Below are positions 12,801 to 23,914 of a DNA stretch of 64,000 bases, one piece after another. Both the position numbers and the translations under genes were made by a program. Source of the DNA: Eledone cirrhosa (Eukaryota); contig OZ024741.1 of assembly GCA_964016885.1 (NCBI GenBank), positions 372,558,001-372,622,000 on the forward strand, given 5' to 3'. Below the pieces are notes generated by a model. It was not told the origin of the DNA. It ran no database searches and worked only from the letters and a program-made list of their open reading frames with translations. Every line of letters starts with the position of its first letter. Position 1 is the first letter of the stretch.

Positions 12801-12929
12801 ATGACTTGGGATGAGGTGATAAAAGCCGACCTTACCCAACTACACCTCTCAAAGTCAATGACACACGACCGTGACTTCTGGCGTCACGCAGTAATACAGG
12901 GTACCCGACCTCCCATGGGTACATGCTGA
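9810..12929 (+). CDS. Intact RTE ORF, 1039 aa: APE endonuclease + reverse transcriptase with an inserted PHD-type finger
   Basis: GTINVG, CCVQET, GDFNGH, SQH (APE); DLEKAFD, QGSVLSP, YADD, YLG (RT); CSVC...CPKC...HKRC...CSSC lies between YADD and YLG. Confidence 0.95.
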   Translation: MNLRATKHPREAPTQRPSPTSVDKCPKLRVGTINVGSMKGRAGEIVEMLERKEVDVCCVQETRWRGGSARVLVGKSQCYKFFWVGNDDGMGGVGILLADKWVDKVISVYRVNARIIKLRLVLNKTITTIISAYAPQSGLPDELKDRFYESLIHTTALTDDKDFLIIAGDFNGHVGKHCDGFNRVHGGHGVGTRNEEGFRLLEFCDANDMSICNTNFKKPDNHLITYRSGEHSSQLDFILIRGRDRWTVVNTKAFPSEECTSQHSLVVSDLTVRTRRALKQRPTWRRKIWKLKVPSTSNRFKDILLNAYDSKEEQIETFNVEENWEFLKNNLLEATDEVCGWSKTSSRRRVTWWWNNKVDEAVKAKRQAWKEWKNGGSRVHYIETKREARRQVYLARREAEDRKFKHVLQREDQKQEVFKIARQCVRDSCDVIGEKCIRNDKGELALTSAEKKDAWKSHYDRLLNEENAWEEETLPHVDPIEGPAVQVSGSVVSKAIRDMKIGKATGPSGIAAEMLKASGSVGHTITTRIVNQVILEGAIPKDWCSSIIVNCYKGKGDALDRGNYRGIKLMDQVMKVTERVIAQLIRDRVNIDEMQFGFVPGKGTTDALFLVRQLQEKYLAKSKPLYLAFVDLEKAFDRVPRAVIWWALRKLGVDEWLVKAVQAMYRGAVSKVRIGNEYSEEFSVQVGVHQGSVLSPLLFIIVLQAITEEFKTGCPWELLYADDLALIAESMVELENKFQTWKQGLERKGLKVNMTKTKVLISRRENRTQIPSGKWPCSVCRKGVGRNSILCPKCKQWVHKRCSGISGSLIKNVGFTCSSCAETASKQPQETSTTNLWEGPVETVDSFCYLGDRISNGGGCSESTITRVRTGWKKFRELLPLLAAKGFSLKMKGRLYDACIRTAMLHGSETWALKVEDLRRLERNEACMLRWMCNSNIRERQSINELRERLSIRGIKCCVQERRLRWYGHVMRMKDDSCIKRCRALEVDGNRGVGRPKMTWDEVIKADLTQLHLSKSMTHDRDFWRHAVIQGTRPPMGTC

Positions 12930-13361
12930 AGCATATAAACAATATGCCCCCCCCCCCCCACCGCAAGGTGGTCGTGGAGGTGCCACGGCAAAAAAGCACC
13001 CAGCCCACACTGTAAAGTGGACGTGTAGGCGCCACGAAAAAGCACCCAGCACTCACTGTAAATGAGGTTGGTGTTAGGAAGGGCATCCAGCTGTAGAAAT
13101 CAAGCCAGATCAGTTCCTGTATGAGCAAGGCATGGTCAGCCGACCAGACACTGCCCACAACAGGACAACCCGTCTAACCCATGCTAGCGTGGAAGAACGG
13201 ACGTAAAACGGTGATGATGATGATGATGATGATATATATATATATATATATATATATATCCAGGGAGTGTAACGCGGAGTTACTGAAGGTTCATCCAGGT
13301 GAGCACTGGATGTTTAGGTTCACGTCAGTATCAAAGTGTAGAGCTAGACAGAGTGTGACAT

Positions 13362-13582
13362 AATAATTGTTTCTTATATAGGCACAAGGCCAGCAATTTT
13401 GGGGGAGGGGAAAGTCGATTAAATCGACCCCAGTGCATTACTGGTACTTTATTTTATCAACCCCGTAAGGATGAAAGGTAAAATTAACCTTGGCGGGATT
13501 TGAACTCAGATCATAAAGGACCGTAATTCTATGTTGTAAAGCATGGCGTCCGACCCTCTACCGATACTACCAATCCACCACC
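13362..13582 (-). mobile_element. tRNA-derived SINE with TSD
   Basis: Family consensus; cagagtgtga(c/t)ata duplicated at about 13350 and 13583. Confidence 0.85.
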
Positions 13583-13649
13583 CAGAGTGTGATATAATAC
13601 AAGGATGAATGGTTACTCCTTCATTACATTTATTGGTTGGTGATGTGCG

Positions 13650-14140
13650 TTTCGCTGGAAGCTACGGAGTAGGCAGACCCAGAAAAACCTGGGACGATTT
13701 GATAAATTCCGACCTTACACCTCTCCAAGACCTAGATCTTTGGCGCTACACAATAATACAGAAGACCCGCCTTGCCTAAGTACAAAGCGAAACCTACAGT
13801 CTGTAGGCACCTCCTAACCAAAAATACACCCCCATCCCACTACCCCTACCCCCATCCCCTCTACACCACCCCTTTCTCAGTCCTAAATAAATGAGGGAGT
13901 GTAGGTGTCATGACAAAAACACACAGTCCACGCTGTAATGTGGCCATGTAGGTAACACGGTAAAAACCTCCCAGTCCACACTGTAAACGTGGTTGGTGTT
14001 AGGAAGGGCATCCAGCCATAGAAAACCCGCCAGACAGTCCTATACGAGCAAGACAACCAATCTTGCCTCACGTGGGACAATTCCCGTCTAAACCCATGCT
14101 AGCGTGGAAGATAGATGTTAAACGATGATGATGATGATGA
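13650..14140 (+). mobile_element. RTE 3' fragment with 3'UTR and (GAT)n tail
   Basis: GRPRKTWDDLINSDL coding remnant; shared 3'UTR; highly similar to 50880-51343. Confidence 0.8.
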
Positions 14141-15458
14141 TATAGGAAGAGGAATCTTTCCAGCAATGAATAGTGCAGTTGTGTTCCAGTTACCAAATAT
14201 ATATAAATATGCCCACACCTTATATATATGATTTTATGTCCGCTTCTCTTTGCCTGGGTTGGACTATGTGTGTGTATAGTGTGGGCTAGCAATGTTTCCA
14301 GAAATAAATGGTGTAATGCTTGTTGCAGTTGCCATGATACAGTCACTAAGAAGATATAACCAAACTGTAAGAATTGGTAATTGTATCTATTTGTGTGTAC
14401 ATAATGCAGAGAAAATAGAGAATATTATGTTGATGTTTGTGTCTTTTCCCTTTGTCAAAGATATTAAATGAAACTCCTGAGATTTCATTTGGAATCGAAA
14501 ATCAAAACTCGGGTCAGAGATTGGTTTCGCAAAGTACCTACCCAGCTTTATTTTATACAAGTCTTATCTGTATTTCCCAGAAGGAAATACAGATAAGGGA
14601 AGACAGCTGAACGCTATCTAGCTTTTGACAATGGACAGGTGGAGTGGAGGGAGACATTTCTGACGTTTATTACCATGTCCAAGAAAATTATTAACAATTA
14701 CGTGAAGCGAGCGCAATTAAGAATCGATCACGGATATTTAATCCGCGAATAATTTTAACATGGCACCACGATTACCCCAAGTGATATATCTCAGTACTGC
14801 AACCACCATAACTACAAACCAATATTGATTTTTTTTTCTTCTCCAGACACAAGCCCATACATAAATTTATAAGAGTAGATGAGATTGTGTGATGTTCATA
14901 CATTCCTTATGAACGGCACTAGCATTATAAATGAATTGATATGGTTTAAACCAATATGGATAACTAGCACATTAGCATAAATCCGGAAAGGGAAATAATG
15001 GTAGTGGAGTTCATGCCTTTACCAAAGACGTGAACAACTACTAAAGCTGGAATTCTGGAACTAATAGTAAAGCGGTGCGCTGAACAGCAATTAAAGGATA
15101 GAAATAATAAGGGAGTGTGGAAAGTACAAGTAAAAGCCGACGCCATGACGCCACGGATCAGACCCAATACATCTTTGTCTGATGCCTTCTACTTTCTTCC
15201 CTCCCTTGTTAAAACACTCTTAACATTCTCTTCATTACTGATACTACTACTATTACCACCACCGAATGTACACAAACACATGCGCATAGATCGATGCACA
15301 CACAAAGATCGATACATACACACCGATATTTCTACTTTCTTCTACACACATTCTTCATCGACTTCAATTTTTTTTCTCTCCCAGACGTCCACAATCATAC
15401 ATATACACACACACATACATATATGTATATATATATATACATATACACACACACTCTT

Positions 15459-15612
15459 TATTAAGGCTAAATAGTGAGTCTTTTATTCAGGAGTTTCGCC
15501 TGTTTATTTCGCCTGTTTATTAAACAGGCGAAACTCCAGAGTATCAAAGACTCACTAGTTAGCCTTAATAGAATGAATATTAAAACTCTACTACGGTATT
15601 GAGTACTCTTTT
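15459..15612 (+). repeat. Short palindrome (15459-15570) with Penelope-like pLTR tail
   Basis: tattaaggcta...gagtttcgcctgttta / taaacaggcgaaactc...tagccttaata; includes the GCGAAAC half of a hammerhead. Confidence 0.65.
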
Positions 15613-16368
15613 CTCTCAGCCGTCAACCACACACACACACACATATATATATATACATACACACACACACACACTACTATGCATGAATATCTGTCTTCCC
15701 CAAAACCAAGAATTCTCACTTCCATCAAATCGTTCTCCACACCCACAAATCTTATAGATATTCATTAATTCACATGCACACAATCTTTCTTCCATCTAAT
15801 CACACAGATTTCTCTCTTTATCTCCCTTCCATCCAACATGCACGCACCTACAGAGATTTTTTCTTTTTATAGCGACTGTAATTGAGCAAAGACAAAATCA
15901 ATGTACAATATCTATACATATATATACACATACATACATATCAAAGAGAAGGTTATTTATCATTGTTATGTGTAAAAGTTATTCTATGTGTATATACATA
16001 TATATATATATAAATATACACATACACATAATTTGAGTAATTGTATGTGTTTGTCTTATTCAATCTTGAAATATATATAAGGGAGTTGTATAACCATATG
16101 TATATGTGCGTGCAATATAGTAGCATAATAAAAAATAATAATAGCGATGATGAGTATAGTGTACGACTGTAGTATACTACTGTAGTATGAGACTGGTCTT
16201 ATAGTGTTGTATTAGTTTAGTATTCTTGTGTAGCATTATTGCTTTCCCCTTGCCTTTGTTGCCCGAAGGATGATTTGCACACCATCAAATGTAGAATCCT
16301 TGCCTACAGTAGAAGAGCTCGACACAATGATTAAGCAATAACCACATGCATCTATCTATCTCTCTATA

Positions 16369-16420
<52 letters not shown>

Positions 16421-16524
16421 TAATTACACACAAATATATATATATATTAGTCATACGTACTCACATTTGTATAATCAAATATACAATGGATACGACTGTA
16501 GCATCCATCTATCTACCTATTAAT

Positions 16525-16577
<53 letters not shown>

Positions 16578-16819
16578 CAGAGAGATAATTACACGTACAT
16601 AGGTATAGATATATAGTCATACGCACACATACATTGTATGCGTGTATAACCAAATATACAATGGATACAAATGTAAAATTTCTTTTTCTTTTGTAAACCT
16701 TTTCTTGTTAATAAAGATGAAAACATAAACAAAGCAACAAAAAGAATGTACCGTGCTGCTTTCTGATTTCACACACATAATAATATAATATATATAAACA
16801 CATACATATGTATATATAC

Positions 16820-16851
<32 letters not shown>

Positions 16852-17930
16852 GTTTATATATATATACATTCAGGTATTATATTATGATTCACTCTATCTC
16901 TTTCTTTCAATATATATATATTTATATAGTTCATGATTGTATAAGTATGTTACCTTTTAGTCAATCATTCGCAAAAAAAAAATATAGAGGGTTGATTAAG
17001 TCTCCTTTCTGCTTTGGTATAGATTTTCGTTTGGTTAATACAACTTCACGAAACGGCTTTTCCGAAACGGAACGAAAGCATAAAAGGGAGAGAGTACAGG
17101 AGAGACAGGGAGAGAATTTGCCGAAAAACGAATATTCGGAAACAGAATTGATTCAAGTGTATATGTATGAATCTTTGTATAAATTATAAACTAATATCCA
17201 CGAATTCAATATATATTTAGGTTATACATTTGTAAACGAAAATGAGAAATGGGAATCGAATTAAACATTTATTCAAGTGGTTGTTTACATTTGTTTACAT
17301 GATGTGTAATATTGTTTACATTAAATTATTTACATTTTGTCAATAATTGATTCCTGTTTTACACATTCTCTCCAATTTATCAAATTACGATGTGATAGCT
17401 TGTCAGTTTAGTGATTAGTAGAAGACTAATGTTACATAACTATATAGGTGAGTTAAACTCTGAAGTGAATTGAATGACAGATATTTGTAACTGGTCACGA
17501 GTTTCTTTTGCGTAAATGAATATTTGTTTGGAATAAATTCATTACTTTTTCATATCAATTTTTTTTACAATTGTAAATATATAACAACACGCGCACACAT
17601 TTGTAGAGTAACAAGTTCAATGCCTCACATTGACTGGTAGTTTCATATCGGGTGGCAATCGTCGGACTGTAAGGTTATAAAAAAAAATGGAAATTGTATT
17701 TATATATGATAGCTGTAGTGTTTGTGCAACGATAAAATGCACCCAGTGCTCTCAGTAAAGTGGTAAGTGCTGATGACATGATTTATGCACCCGGTATACT
17801 CCAATATATTGGTTGCGCTGGTGCCCCGATAAAATGCACCGGGTACACTCTATAAAACAGTTGACGTTAGAAAGGGCATCGCAATGAAGATATATAGGAC
17901 CAAGATAGATTGAAATCTCAGAATTACAAT

Positions 17931-18096
17931 CAGTGCCGGATTTACCATTGTGCTTAGGTGTGCTTAAGGGCTCCGTTGGCCATGGGTGGGGGTGGGGAAT
18001 CTTCCTGCCAAAAAAATATATACGACGAATTTTTCAAAAGTAAGGGCCCCATAACTTAATTAGCACAGGGGCTCATTAGTCCTAAATCCGCCATTG
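17931..18096. mobile_element. hAT-type MITE
   Basis: TIRs CAGTGCCGGATTTA / TAAATCCGCCATTG; 8-bp TSD ATTACAAT at 17923-17930 and 18097-18104. Confidence 0.85.
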
Positions 18097-18529
18097 ATTA
18101 CAATGAATGTGTGAACTAGGGATCAATATGATCATTTTGTGCGCACACTATTGAGCTGACAAGAGCGTGCAGATGACTGACTGACTGGATGAATTCTAAG
18201 ATCCTTTAGAATAAGGGATCGATCTGGGTCTTATTTAAGTGTAAACGGAATAGTTAGTAATTCTTCTATCAAGTAAAGTAAGTTTCTGGTGCACATGTAA
18301 TTGGTGTTAAACGTTACACCGAGATGACATCATTGATTTCTGCTAGGTATTAAAGAGTTGTGTCTAAGCAGTCAGGCGTGAAGGGCATTGGATGACACTG
18401 CTCCACCCCTACCCCAACCCCTACTTTTTAATGGTACACCCTCAGATTTAGAAATTTTGAATTTTTAGCAGTTAGGCCCATCGCTAAGAGAGTGGGTGGG
18501 GGGCACTAGATGACACAGCTCCATACGCC

Positions 18530-19520
18530 CTTCTTCTTGCTCTTGCTCGACGGGGCCGGGGTCATGCTAAGCCAGCGACCCCAAAGCATCGTCGTGCGTA
18601 GTGCCGACCAGGTCCACCAGTGCCCTCCATCGCTGGTGGTCCCGTGCCAGCTCCTCTGTAGCGAGATCTGTCCACGCCTTGAACCTTGGGTGACACCTAA
18701 AGGTCAAATTCTAGGTCACCACCCTGTTGGTGTGAACAGGTTGATGCGTTGGCTATCCCCTCAAAGCGGGAGACAGGGAGCGACAGGTATATAAAGCCTT
18801 TATCATACCACCTTTACACAGAGACATCGGAGCACCCCACTACAGAACAAGCTATGTGAAAGATTCACCACTATCAACAGACCCCAGTGGTCTACAGAAA
18901 GATCGGAGCCTTACGCTAACAACTAACTATGTAAAGATTCACCGTTACCTTCAGGCCCTTGAGGTCTACAGAAATACAGAGACATCGGAGCACCACGACG
19001 ACAACGTCAACCTACTACTACAGACCATTCAGAGGTATACAAACCATTACTCTCTCTCACTCACTATGGTCTCAGACTCACGCCGACAACGTCAACCTTC
19101 TCAACTTTTGGTAACTGTTTTATTGTACTTTTTAATTGATTCACGTGAGTAAACCATATATAGACCAAATCATTTATTCTTATTATTCTTGTTATTACAT
19201 ATAACAACTGTTACCTCATCTAACTATCATGTTAAATCCATCTAACTATTTCTTATTTATACCTTCGTTAAACCTCTGCATCCTCCAAGGTGATGTCGAG
19301 CTTCCGGAGATCTTTCCTGATGATATCCAACCATCTGGTGCGGGGCCTCTTCCAATCTGCAGCCTCTGAGTCGAATGAGAGTAAGGTCCTGGTAGGATGA
19401 TTTGGTGGAAAGCGGACGACATGTCCATACCAGTGCATACGTGGATAGCTATAAGGCGGGAAACTGTGGGTTGATGTGTGTGCGCACGCAACACTTTGTT
19501 GCAAACGTGGTGGTCTCATC
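18530..19520 (-). mobile_element. RTE-like 3' fragments (second family) split by an insertion
   Basis: RMHWYGHVVR...RPRTRWLDIIRKDLRKL at 19270-19450; LARDHQRWRALVDLVG* plus (GAA)n-like tail at 18530-18660. Confidence 0.7.
18725..19206 (+). mobile_element. Candidate solo LTR
   Basis: TGTT...AACA termini, TATATAAA at about 18788, AGTAAA at about 19148; no convincing TSD. Confidence 0.4.
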
Positions 19521-20440
19521 TGATGATTTTGATGGTCCTCAGGGCTCTGCTATCGAAACTGTACTTCTTTTTAATGATACACCCTCAGATTTAGAAAATT
19601 AGAATTTTTATATTAAAGCGTCCTGAAATAGTTTCTTGTAAAAGAGTGGCCCAGCAGAATGTTCTGAAGTCCTCAATCCACCCTGATCACTAACGTCTGG
19701 AAGCAGACCTGTAAAATACCGTGATCTGTCGGCCAACTACATTTTCCAGCCTGTGACGTTCGAGACGTTTGGGGAAGTCAGGCTACTTACTGTGAGATTC
19801 CTATCTTCACCGGCGTCTCGCCTAACAGAGATAACTAGTGAAGCTCGTGAGGGCGCTTGGTTATTTCAGCGCATCAGCCTCGCCATCACCCGAGGTAACG
19901 AGCGTGCTGGCTTGCCTCAAAAATCATTAGAGAGGTTTCCCAGTGCTCCTCGCGAAACTGTTGTTTTATTCTGAGAGCGGCTCGGTTGTCCACCTCTTTC
20001 GCTTGCCTTTTGTTGTATGTGGTCCCAGATGTGAGGGCTAACCGCGTTGTGTTGTTGTTATTTTTTACTTTGTTTTTCTTTTTTTTATTAGCTTTCACAA
20101 CCGCGTGTCCATATTTACATTCAGGTATGTTAAACATAAGTCATTCGATGTAAATATCATACTCTTGAAAACGTGTCAACGACATGGTTTTGTGGTATCC
20201 GGGACATACAGAATATCATAGGTGAAGCAGGATAGCTCCAGCCGCTATTTGGCAGTTCTATCGTTCTTTTTCTTTCTTTCTTTCGCTTGCTTATCATTGA
20301 AAATGATCGTGACTGAGTTTTGATCTGTAACAATTTGAAAATGTGTACCGAGGATGTCTTTCACCACCGAAATGTATTCAATATTACAATACACTTCGTG
20401 TATCAATATATTTACTTTCTGTGCGTACCTTTCTATAAAA

Positions 20441-20491
<51 letters not shown>

Positions 20492-21430
20492 TTTCTTATC
20501 TCACCACCTTCTCACTTTTATGATTTTACTAACGAATCCTCTCTTTCTGTTGTTGTAAAGAGAGAGAAAGAGAAAGAGAGAGATGATGATGATGATTAAT
20601 AGAATGTGATTTTCATAACCAGAAAAAGAGAAAGACTAAACGAAGAAAAGCAGAGTTTGACGTCGCAAGTACTATGCAGGTTGTAATACGTAATATGAGA
20701 GAGAGAAACTGAAAGAAAAAGGAATAGAGAAATAAAGAAAGAAACATTCACGTTAAGATAACTAGCGAGAGGGAGAAAGAGAGAGGGGGGGGGAGGAGAT
20801 GCGTGGAAAGAGAGTAAAAGTAGAAGAATGCGGTTTATTTAAAATTTAATTCATCTACTGTCAGGGCATTAGATACTGTAGACTTTTCCTATTCCTTTGC
20901 ATAAATGAAGTATATGAATAACTTTTAATGCACACGCGTGCGCGTGTGTGTGCCTCTCTGTATGTATGTGTGTGTGAGTGAGTGTCAATGTTAATTTTGA
21001 GGGTGCGGACTCACTAGTACAGATAAATATATAAAAACATTTTTATATGTTGGAAGTGTGTTAAGCAATAAAAGAAGCTATGATTCTTCCTAAACATTTC
21101 TTTTAAAATAATATTGGGTAAATTTATAAAAAAAAAAAAAAAGCACCCACTGGTGTTTGGTGAGAAATGTTTTTGAATAGGGTTTTTTCGTGTATTTTCA
21201 ACGAATCTACCTTCCAAATCCGTCGGAAAGTAACAATAAAACGGGAGGTGTAAGATCATGTCAATGTATATGTATGTTCAGTTATTCTCTACATCAGTTT
21301 GCCAAGTAATAACGCTCATATATATATTTGTGTGTGTCGTATGTATGTATGTATGTATGTATGTATGTATGTATGTATGTATGTATGTATGTATGTATGT
21401 ATGTATGTATGTATGTATGTAGTATATATG

Positions 21431-22040
21431 TCAGGTCACCAGTTGGTGCTACTGGTAACATGTATCCCAGTACAACCTGTCTCATGGTCGGGTCGTTGGC
21501 GACTAAACTAGCAATCCCACCAAGGTTTCTTGGTGAGGAGGGTGACTTTGGACATCCTGCAGGACTAAAAACAAAACCTCTTCAAGGGCAAAGGAGCTCT
21601 TAAGAGTCAATGGCCATCCAAAATCACCGGGAGAGATGACCCCTTAGCCTTTGTCAAGGCAGAATTCTAGGAGAAGGAAAACTCTGATATAACACCTGCA
21701 ACCCTGATGGTATCCAATGATGTTGACTTGTTCTTCTTTTTGGTAAATATCATCTTGGTTAAGAGAGTGGGACTGGCTTTGTGCAGTGCCTTTGCTCACT
21801 ATAAAAGCTTCACGGCACAGGCATTACTTTATATCTGGAGATCTCTCTGCACTTGTCGTCACATGGTACCATGGGCCCAGCACTATGTGTCAATAATTGT
21901 CACAAGTGTAGTGTTTGTACCAGAGTTTTCAAGTCGCTGGCTGGACTAAAAAGTCACACTCGTTCAGCGCATCGGTAGGGGTTCTCCTACATGGATATAA
22001 AGTAGTGGCCGTACGCGAAAACGAGTTGGCAGCCACCATG
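21431..22040 (+). mobile_element. Non-autonomous bipartite RTE-derived element (RTE-like 5'UTR + short 3' end), copy 1
   Basis: Homologous to 26423-26910 and 36072-36624; ends GCAGCCACCATG(TATG)n like the RTE 3' end at 26305-26350. Confidence 0.7.
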
Positions 22041-22129
22041 TATGTATGTATGTATGTATGTATGTATGTATGTATGTATGTATGTATGTATGTATGTATG
22101 TATGTATATATGTATGTATGTACACATTA

Positions 22130-23768
22130 CAGATTGTGTTCTTCTTGAAAGTCAATCTGGTTTTCGTGCTGGACGCGGCACTACTGATATGATCTTCTCA
22201 GCTAGACAGCTCCAGGAGAAGTGCATGGAACAAGGTTTGGATCTGTATCAGGTTTTTGTCGACCTGACAAAAGCTTTCGATACTGTTAACAGAAATGCAT
22301 TATGGAAGGTTCTCCAGAAACTTGGTTGCCCTGATAAGTTCCTTGCTTTAGTTAGGTCTTTCCATGACGACATGAAGGCTTGGGTTAATGTCGGAGGTAA
22401 TATGTCGGAGCCTATCTCAGTAAAAAATGGAGTGGAACAGGGGGATATTCCAGCACCGACCCTGTTTGCCATATACTTTGAATGATTTTTTGTATTGCAT
22501 TCAGGAATTGCGAGCATGGTGTTTACATCCGATATCAAACATCAGGCGCTTTGCTGCAAAGACAAAAGTATTTACATCAATCATAAGAGACCTCTTGTAT
22601 GCAGATGATTGTGATTTTGTAGCGCACACAGAGTGATATGCAGTACATTTTGATTGCATTTTCTGACGCTTGCACTGCCCTAGGATTGAGTGTCAGTCTC
22701 AAGAAAACCGTCGTCATGTATCAATCTGCCCCTGCTAAGCAGTACAGTGAACCAAATATCTATGTGTATGGTAAGCGGCTTCGAGTGGTTGATCAGTTTG
22801 TCTACCTGGGAAGCACTGTCAATCGATACAGCAACCTTGATAGTGAAATCTCACTTAGGATTAGGAAAGCAAGTGATGCTTTCGGAAAGCTAGAAAGGCG
22901 ACTCTGGGGTCGGCGAGACATATGCAAAAAGATAAAGGTAAAGGTGTACAAGGCATGTGTGCTCTCTTCTCTTCTTTATGCCTGCGAGACCTGGGTCACA
23001 TATCGACACCACCTTAAGCAATTGGAGCGTTTCCATCAGATGTGTCTCAGACGGATCTATGGCGTTCACTGGAGGGACCACATCAGTGATGTCGAGATTT
23101 TGGAAAGCTCTATGTGTGACAGTATAGAATCTCTTTTGCTTAAGCAACGACTCCGTTGGAGTGGTCACCTTGCCAGGATGAAGGATTCTAGAATACCAAA
23201 ACAACTCTTTTATGGAGAGTTAGTTAAAGGAAAACGACCGCCACATAAACCCCAAAAGAGGTATAAGGATTCCTTGAAAGCCTCTTTGAAAGACGCTAAC
23301 ATCTCTGCTGATACATGGGAAAATATTGCTGCTGATCGTAATAAATGGAGAAAGACTGTATATGAGGGAAAAGTTGCCTTTGAGGCATCTCGAATCGCAT
23401 ACGAGAAAGTAAAGCGGTATGTGAGGAAGGGCATTGCTGTTGCACTTCCAGACGGTGAGGCTCGTCCTATGGTGCTGACATGCAGCGTCTGTGCGAGACT
23501 CTGCCTAAGCAAAGCTGGACTCGAAAGTCATCTTCGCAGTCATAAAGTAAGACCAGTGGTTAACTACCAGGCTGCTGTTGGAGATGCTACTCATCATGCT
23601 TGTCAAGCATGTGGTAGAGAATGTAAATCAGCAGGAGGGCTCAAACGACATGCAAAAGTACATGAACTCCAACCACAGCTGGCTATTCCCAGTGAATGTT
23701 TTGGTTGCCGACTCTGTGCAAGACATTTTAGATCATTGGCTGGGTTAAAAAGCCACATTCGATCGTAG
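22130..23768 (+). pseudogene. 5'-truncated RTE ORF (RT, disrupted before 22638) with three C-terminal C2H2 fingers
   Basis: ESQSGFR, DLTKAFD, YADD, then a 376-aa open frame ending CSVC..HLRSH, CQAC..HAKVH, CRLC..HIRS; its 3'UTR resumes at about 26305-26350. Confidence 0.88.
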
Positions 23769-23914
23769 CGCTGTTAGTTGCTATCGTGTGTGTGTGTGTG
23801 TGTGTATAGATATGTTTATGTGTGTGCGTGTGTGTGTATATATATATATGTATATTATTATTGTTGTTGTTGTCGTTATTATTGTTGTTGTTGTCGTTAT
23901 TATTGTTGTTGTTA

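Larger units (their letters stand above)
8459..13233 (+). mobile_element. Full-length RTE-clade LINE inserted in (TA)n, ending in a (GAT)n tail
   Basis: (TA)n flanks at 8417-8458 and 13233-13259; single long ORF; 3'UTR GGTTGGTGTTAGGAAGGGCATCCAGC...CGGACGTAAAAC(GAT)n. Confidence 0.85.
18100..19990 (+). mobile_element. Internally deleted CRE-like (restriction-like endonuclease) non-LTR element, interrupted by other inserts
   Basis: KYRDLSANYIFQPVTFETFG...WLFQRISLAITRGN at about 19715-19900; 18100-18380 is homologous to the reverse complement of 30905-31370. Confidence 0.65.
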
